A DNA stretch of 59,955 bases from contig JACVXU010000013.1 of assembly GCA_015661185.1 (NCBI GenBank), forward strand, positions 1 through 59,955, in the 5' to 3' direction. Below the pieces are notes generated by a model. The model ran no database searches. It saw only the letters and a program-made list of their open reading frames with translations, and was not told where the DNA came from. The position numbers and the translations under genes are program-made. Positions 46,814-56,800 of this stretch are shown here, piece by piece. Source of the DNA: Bacteroidota bacterium (GTDB taxonomy: Bacteria; Bacteroidota; Ignavibacteria; UBA10030). Position 1 is the stretch's first letter; each line of letters starts with the position of its first letter.

Positions 46814-49159
46814 TTAGAATCCTTTTCCGAACTGGAAGTGAAAGCGCCAGCCGGGCGGAGAAGTACCTGGAGCCGGAGCGTCAAAACCATAGCCGTAATC
46901 AAAACCTACCATGCCTATCGGGTTAATGAGAAGCCGGACTCCAACCCCAGCCGACCGCCGCAGATCCATCGGATCAGTCACTTTTGGCTCCTTCCAAACA
47001 TTCCCTGCTTCTGCGAAGAGCAGGGCGTAGATCGGTATCGGATTGATCGAGAGAGCGAATCGCAGCTCAGCCGAGTGCTTGAGGCTAGACAAACCTCCGC
47101 TTGCTGGTCCTACTCCACGGTCTTCATATCCGCGCAACGGAGTTGTATTGAAATAGCCCAGACCCGTACCTCCCATGAAGAACACGTCGGTTGGCTGGAT
47201 TCTCGGGTTATCTCCGATGCCAAAAACGAACCCAAGAGTGGTCGAAAGCGCGAGCGCAATGCGATTGCCTCCCAGAATCGGAACATACCAATCAGCGTTG
47301 AAGATGTGTTTGGAGAATTTCACATTCCCCGGGAGGAACCCTCCTGAAAGTTCCGTGAGGAGCGAGAAATTGGATCCTCTCGTCGGGAAGATCGGACTGT
47401 CAGTACTGTTCCGAGAGATGACCTGCGAAATGTCAACCTGCGTCGTCGTCCCTTCCAGATAGTACGATCCACCGGAGATGACGTCGTTGCGCTGGAATCG
47501 AAGCGTCCAGTCCCCCCTGAACAAGTAGTCAGGCCATCTGAATCGACGGCCAACACGAACCGAAGCACCGGTAAGTCTCAAATCGTAGTAGAAGATTTGC
47601 CGCTGGTCAAAGAGGTTAACTCCGAAAAGGGTCGGCGTATCGAACATCCACGGTTCCGTGAATCCGATCGAAAACGTCCGATAGCGGCTTCCTTCACCGA
47701 ACTGCCAGTCAAAGCTAAGCATCTGACCTGCACCGCCGCGGAGTGGGTCCTTCAACGAGAAATTGTTGAACGTCAGCCCCAGTGCACCGTTGAAACCAAA
47801 ATAGCCGCTATAACCGACAGACATGTTGAAGGTGTCGCTTGATTTTTCCTCGACGGCGTACTCGAGGTCGACGGACCCTTTCTCGACATCCAGATTGCGC
47901 GTGTCCGGCTTGATTTTCTCGGGGTTGAAGTAATTAAGCTGCGAAAGCTGACGTGCGCTCCTGATGACAGCCTGGCGGCTGAAATATTCTCCCGGGAGAG
48001 TGTACAGCTCACGGCGGATCACTTTCTCGTGCGTCTTTGTGTTCCCTGTAATAACAACCTGACCAATCCTGAACTGGTTTCGTTCCCGCAGATGAATTGT
48101 GACATCCAGGCTGTCGCCTCCAACGCGTGTCTCCTCCGGCTCCGCCTGGAACATCAGGTAGCCGTTGTCCATGTAAAGTGAGGAAACGTCCGTTTCTTCC
48201 TCGCTGCGATAGAGGTTCTTCTCGAATTTTTCCTTGTCGTAGATATCCCCTTTTAGAAATCCGAGCCGCTGAGAAAGGACCTCGGAGGTGTATACGGTGT
48301 TCCCTTCCCAGATAATGTTCCTGACCCGGTACGGAGGCCCCTCATATACAACGATGTCGATGGTGAGGTATTGCTTATTCTTGTCGTACAAAAGAGAGTC
48401 CGAAATGATCTCGGCGTCACGGTACCCGTTCTTCTGGTAAAAATTCAGGATGAGGCGCTTGTCTTCCTCGTATTTCTTCTTGTCAAACTTGTTGCTCGCC
48501 CAGAATTTCCACCATGCTCGTTCAGCCGTCTCTTTCATCGATCCCTTGAGATCGTCATCGCTGAATTGCTTGTTGCCACGGAATATGATGCGATCAACTT
48601 TGACCTTCGGTCCTTCATCGATGGTCACGCGGAGTGTGACCCGATTGCCCGTGGAATCCCTGATCAGAACAGGATTGATGCCGGCATTGAGATATCCATC
48701 TTCAGCGTACTTCAGCCGGAGCAATCGCCGTATCAACGAAAGATCCTGTGCCGTGACAATCTGGCCCTTGACAAGGTTGACTCTCTTAAGAACCTCATCC
48801 TCACTGAGTTCATTGTTGCCGACGATCTCGGTTTTTTCCAGCCGGGGGTTTTCCGTGACACGGATTAACAGATAGACCCCTTCAGGTGTGCGGTTCTCGG
48901 TAAGGATCTGAATATCGTCAAACAACCGCAACCCGTGGAGACGCTCGATGGCAGTGCGCGTTTGGTCGCCGGGAAGGGTGATCTCCTCTCCGACTTTCAA
49001 ACCTGTGTTGGCAATAATCGCGGCGGGATCGGAAGAACGTTGACCTTCGACTGAAATGCCGAGAATCTTGAACACTTCCGGACGCTGTTGCGCTTGCAAC
49101 ATCGTGCAGGATACCAGAAGAATGGTGACGACAAGAGTAAGTTTAAGACTTTGACGCAC
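46814..49159 (-). CDS. bamA: Outer membrane protein assembly factor BamA
   Basis: 781 aa. Signal peptide, five POTRA-like repeats, a C-terminal beta-barrel ending ...FHFQFGKGF. Confidence 0.93.
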   Translation of the reverse strand: MRQSLKLTLVVTILLVSCTMLQAQQRPEVFKILGISVEGQRSSDPAAIIANTGLKVGEEITLPGDQTRTAIERLHGLRLFDDIQILTENRTPEGVYLLIRVTENPRLEKTEIVGNNELSEDEVLKRVNLVKGQIVTAQDLSLIRRLLRLKYAEDGYLNAGINPVLIRDSTGNRVTLRVTIDEGPKVKVDRIIFRGNKQFSDDDLKGSMKETAERAWWKFWASNKFDKKKYEEDKRLILNFYQKNGYRDAEIISDSLLYDKNKQYLTIDIVVYEGPPYRVRNIIWEGNTVYTSEVLSQRLGFLKGDIYDKEKFEKNLYRSEEETDVSSLYMDNGYLMFQAEPEETRVGGDSLDVTIHLRERNQFRIGQVVITGNTKTHEKVIRRELYTLPGEYFSRQAVIRSARQLSQLNYFNPEKIKPDTRNLDVEKGSVDLEYAVEEKSSDTFNMSVGYSGYFGFNGALGLTFNNFSLKDPLRGGAGQMLSFDWQFGEGSRYRTFSIGFTEPWMFDTPTLFGVNLFDQRQIFYYDLRLTGASVRVGRRFRWPDYLFRGDWTLRFQRNDVISGGSYYLEGTTTQVDISQVISRNSTDSPIFPTRGSNFSLLTELSGGFLPGNVKFSKHIFNADWYVPILGGNRIALALSTTLGFVFGIGDNPRIQPTDVFFMGGTGLGYFNTTPLRGYEDRGVGPASGGLSSLKHSAELRFALSINPIPIYALLFAEAGNVWKEPKVTDPMDLRRSAGVGVRLLINPIGMVGFDYGYGFDAPAPGTSPPGWRFHFQFGKGF

Positions 49160-49985
49160 TTTTTAGAAACCTTTCCATCCCTCGGAGCGGGTCTAGACCA
49201 CTGGATTCATTCTTGTTTAGCTGCTCGCTCACCATCCCAAACCGTCGCTCTCGCCGCTGGAAATTCGAAACGGCTTCATATAGTTGCTTTCGGCGGAAGG
49301 ACGGCCAAAACTCTTGAGAGATGAAGAGCTCGCTGTAGGCAATCTGCCATATAAGAAAATTGCTGATCCGAAACTCGCCGCTGGTACGAATGAGCAAGTC
49401 TGGGTCGGGAAAATCTTTGGTTGCGAGATAACTTGTGATGAGCTCCTGGGTGATTTGTTCTTTCTTGAGGCTGCCAGACCGTATTTCGTCATACATGCGT
49501 TGGATCGCATTCGTGATATCCCAACGGCCGCTATAGCTGAGGGCAAGAATTAGCGTGAGGCCCTTGTTGTCTTTCATCTTCTCGATGCCGTCGAGGAGTT
49601 CATCCTGAACGTCTTGCGGCAACGCGGCGATGTCTCCCACGACCTTCAGTTTCACTTCATTCTGGTGTAACCGATCTTTTTCGTCCCGCAGGGCTTTCAA
49701 GAGAAGCCGCATCAGAAGAGAAACCTCTTCTTGCGGTCTCTTCCAGTTTTCCGTGGAAAACGCATACACGGTGAGATACTTCACTCCAAGCTGACCACAC
49801 GCTTCGACGATGTCTCTGACAGAATTTACACCCTCATGGTGCCCAGCGATCCGTGGGAGACCCCGTTTCTGCGCCCATCGACCATTGCCATCCATAATGA
49901 TGGCTATATGCCGTGGCACATCACCTGACCCAATCAGTCGGTCCTGAAGCTTCTTATCGTGCCCTGTTGCCTTCTCGAGCGCCAC
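49143..49985 (-). CDS. uppS: Isoprenyl transferase (undecaprenyl diphosphate synthase)
   Basis: HIAIIMDGNGRWA, YAFSTENWKRP, LIRTSGEFRISNFLIWQIAYSELF. Confidence 0.93.
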   Translation of the reverse strand: MALEKATGHDKKLQDRLIGSGDVPRHIAIIMDGNGRWAQKRGLPRIAGHHEGVNSVRDIVEACGQLGVKYLTVYAFSTENWKRPQEEVSLLMRLLLKALRDEKDRLHQNEVKLKVVGDIAALPQDVQDELLDGIEKMKDNKGLTLILALSYSGRWDITNAIQRMYDEIRSGSLKKEQITQELITSYLATKDFPDPDLLIRTSGEFRISNFLIWQIAYSELFISQEFWPSFRRKQLYEAVSNFQRRERRFGMVSEQLNKNESSGLDPLRGMERFLKSASKS

Positions 49986-50133
49986 TGAATCCCCTTTGAC
50001 AAACCGTATTATGACCTGATAAAAAATTTAACCTTTTTCGCTTGAAAAGTCAAAGGGAAGTTTGGAACACCCCCAAAACAATTGCAGATATGACTTAAAG
50101 AAGAATCGAAATGTATCACCCAAATCGCCTGCC

Positions 50134-50162
50134 TTGACTGCACTTTCAAAATTGGTTATATT
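50134..50162 (+). promoter_or_regulatory. Candidate sigma70-like promoter upstream of clpC
   Basis: TTGACT, a 17-nt spacer, then TATATT, about 85 nt upstream of the clpC ATG. Confidence 0.35.
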
Positions 50163-50246
50163 CTAAGGAAACTCAATCAAAGGCTTTTGCGTTGTTAGAC
50201 GCATGAGGGAGCATAACAGTTCAACTTATTTAAGGTGAGAGCTTCA

Positions 50247-52748
50247 ATGGAAGGTAATTTCTCCAACCGTGTGCAAGATGTTATCCGGCTGAGCCGGGAA
50301 GAAGCACTGCGTTTAGGCCACGACTATATCGGAACGGAACATCTCCTTCTCGGGATTATCCGGGAAGGAGAGGGGATCGCTGTCAAAATTCTGCGGAATC
50401 TTGGGGTCGACCTGTACAAGCTCAAGAAGGCGATCGAAGACACGGTCCGGACCTCCGGTGGCACCTTGACAATCGGCAACATCCCGCTCACCAAGCAAGC
50501 CGAAAAGGTCTTGAAGATCACCTATCTCGAAGCAAAGCTATACAAATCAGACGTGATTGGGACTGAGCACCTCTTGCTGTCGCTCCTTCGGGATGACGAT
50601 AACATTGCGGCACAAATCCTGCATCAATTCAATGTCCATTACGATGTTGTGCGAAATGAACTCGACAACATCATTTCCGGAAAACCCTCGTCGCCCCCTG
50701 CCCCTCATAGCACAGAGAAGAAGCAGGACAAATCAAAAACACCGGTGCTCGACAACTTCGGCCGGGACCTGACTAAGCTGGCCATCGAGGATAAGCTGGA
50801 TCCGATTGTCGGACGGGAAAAGGAGATTGAGCGGGTTGCCCAGGTACTCAGCCGCCGGAAGAAGAACAATCCGGTTCTTATTGGCGAGCCCGGCGTTGGA
50901 AAATCAGCGATAGCCGAGGGCCTCGCCCTCCGGATCGTCCAGAAAAAGGTCTCCAGGGTCCTGCACGATAAGCGGGTCGTTACGCTTGATCTCGCTGCAC
51001 TCGTCGCGGGGACGAAGTACAGGGGGCAATTCGAAGAGCGGATGAAGGCCGTGATGAACGAGCTTGAGAAAGCAAAGGATGTCATACTCTTCATTGACGA
51101 ATTGCACACAATCGTAGGCGCTGGCGGCGCAAGTGGGTCTTTGGATGCATCCAATATGTTCAAGCCGGCGCTCGCACGCGGCGAGCTGCAGTGCATCGGC
51201 GCTACGACCCTCGACGAATACCGGCAATATATTGAAAAGGACGGAGCGCTCGATCGCCGGTTCCAGAAGATCATGGTCGATCCAACGACCGTTGATGAGA
51301 CTATTAAGATCTTGCTAAACATCAAACAGAAATACGAGGAGCACCATGGTGTGCTCTACTCTGATAAGGCAATCGATGCGGCTGTTCGTTTGAGCGACCG
51401 CTATATTACCGACCGTTACCTCCCCGACAAAGCGATCGACGTGATGGACGAAGCAGGTTCCCGGGTTCACCTCGCGAACATTGTCGTCCCAAAGGAGATA
51501 CTCCTGCTCGAAGAAGAGATCGAGAAGATTAAGCAGGCGAAGAACCAGGTGGTCAAGAATCAGAACTTCGAGGAAGCAGCACGTCTGCGGGACCTTGAGA
51601 AGAAGCTCTTCAGCGACCTCGAGATCGCGAAACGTGAATGGGAACTCAAAGCTCAGGAAGTAGTCTATGACGTGAGCGATGAGAACTGCGCCGAAGTTGT
51701 TTCAATGATGACAGGCATCCCGGTCAATCGGGTTGCCCAAAGTGAATCTGAGAAGCTCCTCAAGATGGAGGAAGCCCTTCAGGCTGTGATCGTCGGCCAG
51801 GATGAAGCGATCGTGAAGCTCACCAAGGCAATCCGTCGCACGCGTGCCGGACTGAAGGATCCAAAGCGGCCTATAGGCTCATTTATCTTCCTTGGACCGA
51901 CGGGCGTGGGAAAAACCGAGATGGCCAAAGCACTCGCCCGGTACTTATTCGATTCTGACGAAGCGTTGATCCGAATCGACATGAGCGAGTACATGGAGAA
52001 ATTCTCTGTGTCACGACTTGTTGGAGCGCCCCCGGGGTACGTGGGATATGAGGAAGGGGGCCAATTAACGGAGAAAGTGCGGAGAAAGCCCTATTCCGTC
52101 GTGCTGCTTGATGAGATCGAGAAAGCCCATCCGGACGTGTTCAATATCCTGTTGCAGGTTCTGGATGATGGAATTCTGACAGACAGTCTTGGACGCCGGG
52201 TTGACTTCAAGAACACGATTCTTATAATGACCTCGAATATCGGTACCCGGGATATCAAATCGACCGGGGCGATGGGATTCGGAACGAAATCAGAGCAGGA
52301 TAAGTACAGTGCGATGAAGGGGCACATTGAGGATGCCCTGAAGAGAGTCTTCAATCCCGAATTCCTGAACAGGGTTGATGACGCTATCGTGTTCCATAGC
52401 CTCGAGCGACAGCATATTCTCCAGATCATTGACATCTCATCGAAGGATCTTTTCAAGCGAATGGAGAGCATGGGCATCTCGATCGAGCTGACGAAACCGG
52501 CTAAGGAATTTCTTGCCGATAAAGGCTTTGATCCGGCCTTTGGCGCACGGCCGCTTCGCAGGGCTATCCAGAAATACGTTGAGGATCCGCTCGCTGAAGA
52601 AATCCTCAAGGGATCATTCGCCAACGGGAGCAAGATCATGGTGAAGTTCACCGAGAAGGCAGAAGAGCTGGGTTTCTTTGATTCGAGCAAAGACAAAGGC
52701 GGAGATGAGCTTAAAGAGCAGGACGAAGAGGTTGCAGGCGCCTCCTAA
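50247..52748 (+). CDS. clpC: ATP-dependent Clp protease ATP-binding subunit ClpC
   Basis: Double Clp_N repeat, two AAA+ modules ([13 protein letters not shown]; [13 protein letters not shown]) and a UVR-like linker ([17 protein letters not shown]). ATG 50247 is preceded by AAGGTGAG. Confidence 0.92.
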   Translation: MEGNFSNRVQDVIRLSREEALRLGHDYIGTEHLLLGIIREGEGIAVKILRNLGVDLYKLKKAIEDTVRTSGGTLTIGNIPLTKQAEKVLKITYLEAKLYKSDVIGTEHLLLSLLRDDDNIAAQILHQFNVHYDVVRNELDNIISGKPSSPPAPHSTEKKQDKSKTPVLDNFGRDLTKLAIEDKLDPIVGREKEIERVAQVLSRRKKNNPVLIGEPGVGKSAIAEGLALRIVQKKVSRVLHDKRVVTLDLAALVAGTKYRGQFEERMKAVMNELEKAKDVILFIDELHTIVGAGGASGSLDASNMFKPALARGELQCIGATTLDEYRQYIEKDGALDRRFQKIMVDPTTVDETIKILLNIKQKYEEHHGVLYSDKAIDAAVRLSDRYITDRYLPDKAIDVMDEAGSRVHLANIVVPKEILLLEEEIEKIKQAKNQVVKNQNFEEAARLRDLEKKLFSDLEIAKREWELKAQEVVYDVSDENCAEVVSMMTGIPVNRVAQSESEKLLKMEEALQAVIVGQDEAIVKLTKAIRRTRAGLKDPKRPIGSFIFLGPTGVGKTEMAKALARYLFDSDEALIRIDMSEYMEKFSVSRLVGAPPGYVGYEEGGQLTEKVRRKPYSVVLLDEIEKAHPDVFNILLQVLDDGILTDSLGRRVDFKNTILIMTSNIGTRDIKSTGAMGFGTKSEQDKYSAMKGHIEDALKRVFNPEFLNRVDDAIVFHSLERQHILQIIDISSKDLFKRMESMGISIELTKPAKEFLADKGFDPAFGARPLRRAIQKYVEDPLAEEILKGSFANGSKIMVKFTEKAEELGFFDSSKDKGGDELKEQDEEVAGAS

Positions 52749-52775
52749 ACGGATGGTGGCTTTAATAAGTTATAG

Positions 52776-52806
52776 AATCCCTCGGTGACTCCGGGGGATT
52801 TTTTTT
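52776..52806 (+). terminator. Rho-independent terminator after clpC
   Basis: AATCCC...GGGATT stem followed by T8, starting 28 nt after the clpC stop. Confidence 0.7.
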
Positions 52807-52819
52807 GCGGTGTCAAAAA

Positions 52820-53437
52820 ATGGGAAAAAGACCTTTCAGCATCAAGAGTTCCTACATCCTTTTCTACAAACCATATGGGGTCCTCTCCCAGTTCTCCGAC
52901 AATTCCGGGCGAATGACGCTCAAAGCGTTCGGTCCATTCCCGCAAGATATCTACCCCGTCGGGAGACTTGACGCAGACAGTGAGGGCCTTCTTCTGCTCA
53001 CGAACGACGGTCCGGCGAAGCATCTCCTTCTGGAACCTCGCCATGGACACCAACGCACCTATCTCGTACAGGTCGAACGCGTCCCCAGTGGAGAGGCCCT
53101 CGCAAGGTTGAGAACAGGAGTGACGATTGAGGGGCGAAAAACCAAGCAAGCTACTGTAACGCTCCTTGATCCCGAGCCTCCGGTCCCTCTGCGAGAGATA
53201 CCAATCCGATATAGAAAAAGCGTTCCCACAGCATGGCTTGAGATAGCTCTCACGGAAGGGCGCAATCGCCAAATCCGCAAAATGACTGCAGCAGTGGGTC
53301 ATCCGACGTTGCGACTCATCAGAATCAAGCTGGGGCCGCTCACGCTGATCGGGCTCAATCCTGGGGAGCACCGACATCTTTCCAAAACGGAAGTTCAGTT
53401 GCTTCTCGCATCAACCGATCAATCCCCTGTATCCTAA
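52820..53437 (+). CDS. Pseudouridine synthase, RsuA/RluE family (no S4 domain)
   Basis: ILFYKPYGVLSQF, PVGRLDADSEGLLLLTNDG, RTYLVQV, EGRNRQIRKM. Confidence 0.88.
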   Translation: MGKRPFSIKSSYILFYKPYGVLSQFSDNSGRMTLKAFGPFPQDIYPVGRLDADSEGLLLLTNDGPAKHLLLEPRHGHQRTYLVQVERVPSGEALARLRTGVTIEGRKTKQATVTLLDPEPPVPLREIPIRYRKSVPTAWLEIALTEGRNRQIRKMTAAVGHPTLRLIRIKLGPLTLIGLNPGEHRHLSKTEVQLLLASTDQSPVS

Positions 53438-53589
53438 CTGAAATCCGGCAACCCTGTCCTTCCATCAACTCTCTCAACTCTCTGACTGATGTTGGCGGCA
53501 GCTCGGCCACCTGCACGTTAGAGCCGCCCGGGTTCTTACATGGATTTGTTCAAATTGGTGGTTTTACGGAAAAAGGCGAAGCGGAGTAG

Positions 53590-53626
53590 AAATAAAAGCC
53601 CCGACGCGCACCGTGAGCGTCGGGGC
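53590..53626 (-). terminator. Strong hairpin plus U-tract terminator on the minus strand, about 220 nt downstream of the histidine kinase stop
   Basis: Perfect 10-bp GC-rich stem GCCCCGACGC / GCGTCGGGGC with a 9-nt loop, followed on the minus strand by TTTTATTT. Confidence 0.7.
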
Positions 53627-53844
53627 CAGGGAGGTTGTTCTGAAACCCGCCCAAGGTAGGAACAAAGAGCGGGCTCGTATTTCACAACACAGCCATGTCG
53701 TATTTTGTTCCAGAGAACGAAGAATTCTTACCATTGGCAACGCTTTACGGGATAATCACTTATAGCCTCCCAGCGTGAAGATGACAAGAATTTGACCAAA
53801 CCGAATTGAGGGGAATCTTGTTCATCTCAATTCCAGGGGGTCGA

Positions 53845-56800
53845 TCACGAATCAAGCGCCTCTCTAATCCTTTTCAGTATTTCGTGAGTACTATAGGGCT
53901 TCCCGATGAACCCCTTGATGCCGCCTTCCAAGATTTCCGCCTTCATTCGGGGATCGAGATATCCACTCGCGAGTATGACCTTGACGTTTTGGTTGATGTG
54001 CTTCATCCGCCGACACGCTTCCCAACCATCAATCTTCGGGAGTCCAAAATCGGATAGCACCAGGTGAATTGAATGCATCTGGTCGGAGTACACTTTGACA
54101 GCTTCTTCGCCATCCTTCGCTACCAACACCCGGTAGCCCTTCTGCCCAAGCACGGTAACGACGAACTCGAGCATCAACTCTTCATCTTCGACGACAAGGA
54201 TGGTCTCCGAGCCACCGCGCACATTCTGACTTTGAGCCACTCTATCCTCGCCTGGAGAGATGTTATCTTCCCGGGACGGGAGATAGATCCGAAATGTCGT
54301 TCCGCGTCCCAATTCGGAGTCGACATCGACGAATCCCTTATGTGCCTCCACCACACCGAAGACAACCGAAAGTCCGAGGCCGGTTCCCTTTCCCACGTCC
54401 TTCGTGGTAAAGAAGGGCTCGAAGATTCGAGCTTTCGTGCTTTCATCGATGCCGTCACCTGTATCCGAGACGCTGATCTCTACGTAACTCTGATTCAAGG
54501 CAGCGGCGAAACGTGGCGCAAGCGTCTTCCCCTCCACCAGCCTGGTCGCTATGCTGATCGATCCATGATCGGCCATAGCGTCCCGTGCATTCACACACAG
54601 GTTCAAGAGGGCCTGATGAAGCTGCGTTCGATCGATGGACAGCGGAGGGAGCGCCTTCTCCAACTGTAACGAGAGGGTAATCGTCTTCGGGAATGTTTCC
54701 CCGAGCATGGTTGTTAGTTCACCGATAATGGAGTTCACATCCACCTTTTCCAGTTTGAACTCACTCTTCCGTGCAAACGTCAGGATCTGACGCACTAACC
54801 CTGCACCCCGTTCCGCCGCATTGACAATCGCGTCAATATACACTCCAACCTTTTCAGTCCCGACCGACTTCTGTCCCAGCATGCTCGCGTAGCCAAGGAT
54901 GATTCCCAGGATGTTATTGAAATCGTGGGCAATCCCGCTCGCCAACGTGCCAAGGCTTTCCATCTTACGCGCCTGCCACAGCTGCTGCTCAAGCATCTTG
55001 CGCTCCGTTACGTCCTCTTTTACGGCAAGGAAGTGCGTTATGGCTCCCGATGCATCCCTGACGGGAGAAATTGAAGCCAGTTCCCAGAATTGTTCCCCGT
55101 TCTTTTTCTTGTTGTGGAACTCCCCCTTCCATTCCTTTCCTGAAAGGATAGTCTCCCATAGCTTCGAGTATTCTTCCGCCGGAGTGTCTCCCGATTTCAA
55201 GATCCGCGGATTTTGCCCTTTCGCCTCCTCGAGGGTGTACCCAGTAATCTGAGAGAATTTCGGGTTGACATATTCGATCGTGCCCCCGATGTCTGTGATA
55301 ACAATGGACGCAGGGCTCTGTTCGACGGCACGATGTAGCTTCCGCAATTCCTCTTCGGCGTGACGATGCTCCGTTACGTCTGTTACGATACCGAGGATAG
55401 CGGTTCCCCCTTCGTAGATTGTGAGTCTTGTCGAATGCAAACCCACAATCCGTTTTCGGTCTTTTGTATACAGCACATATTCGTATGCCGGAATTTCCTT
55501 CCCAGCCTGATGCTTCGCGAAGTTGTCCATCACAAGTGGAATGTAGTCCGGGGCGATGAGACTCAGGAAACTGAAGTCTGGAGCATAGAACTCATCCTTA
55601 CTGAAACCCATTAATTCCACGCAACGCTGGTTGACATAGACTACTTTCCCCCCCTTGTTGATATAGATCATGTTGGGCGATTGTTCCGAGAGCGATCGGA
55701 ATTTTTCTTCGCTTTCCCGCAGTCTCTGTTCAGCTTCCCGCCGTTCAGTAACGTCACGGAAGATGCTGAGAAGGAGTAGTGGTTCATTCGAAATCTCGAG
55801 CAACGAATTTGACATCTCGACAAGAATCCGCTTTCCCCCGTGGAGAGGAAGCTCCACTTCCTGATGGCGAGCGAACGAACGTGTCGCAAATCGATGCTGA
55901 TAGACGTTCAGGTCTTCTTCGTCCTCAGCGGCTGATACCGGCTCATATGCCATCGTGAATGGTTGTCCGATCAATTCGGCCTCCGGCTTACCCATGAGTC
56001 GGCAGAAAGCCTCATTGACCATGACGATCGATCCGCTCTCGTCCAGGATACGCATTCCGTCCATAGAGCTTTCCCAGACACGACGGAACCGCATCTCCGA
56101 CCGCCTTACAGCTTCCTCAGAGCGCTTGCGCTTGGTGATGTCCATGCCCAAGGCAACCACGACCTCCTGGCCGAAGTACACGCTTCGGTTCAGGCGCACT
56201 TCCTTGGGGAATATTTCTCCGTTTTTCCGACGCCCCCACCATTCAAATTGCTGCGGCTCGCCAGCATATGTCTTTCGGACCGATTCGAGAGTTTGCTGAA
56301 GATCGTTCATACCTGGCGCAGCGAGGGCTTCCGGCGTTTTTCCAATGAAATAGTCACGCTCATAGCCATACATGTCGACCGCCCCCTGATTGACATCAAG
56401 GAATTTCCCGTCCTTATCCTGAATGTAGATTGCGTCATCAACGCTGTTGAAAAGCCCCCGATAGCTCGCTTCGGATTTCCGGAGAGCATCCTCAACGCGC
56501 TTCCGCTCTGTCACATCCCGCTGAACGGCAAGATAGCCAAGAATGTTCCCCTTGTCCCCGAGAATCGGACTTGCGGACCCCTCAACGGTGATCAATCGAC
56601 CATCCTTCGTCCTGTTCTCCAGTTCCCCTCTGAATACTCTCTTCTGCAGCAACTCACTCCAGAAGAATTTATAGCTCGACTCATCGAGCATTCCGCTCTT
56701 CAGTATTCTGGGAGTTACCTTTCCAACAGTCTCTTCCGGCGTATGACCATAGATCTTTGTGAATTCCGGATTGAGGTATGTTATGATCCCCTCAGCGTCC

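Noticed and set aside
49992-50057. 9-bp inverted repeat CCCTTTGAC / GTCAAAGGG upstream of clpC, reminiscent of a CtsR half-site (GGTCAAA), plus a TTGACA-17-ATAAAA promoter-like element at about 49996
   Set aside because: CtsR boxes are direct heptad repeats and belong to Firmicutes. A 9-bp inverted repeat with a 48-nt spacer in a 260-bp region is not unlikely by chance. The promoter-like element nearer the gene (50134-50162) is the better candidate.
52745-53377. 210-aa minus-strand ORF
   Set aside because: Antisense shadow of the pseudouridine synthase gene, which carries clear family motifs on the plus strand.
53465-53482. 9-bp tandem repeat TCAACTCTC x2
   Set aside because: Too short; likely chance or slippage without functional implication.
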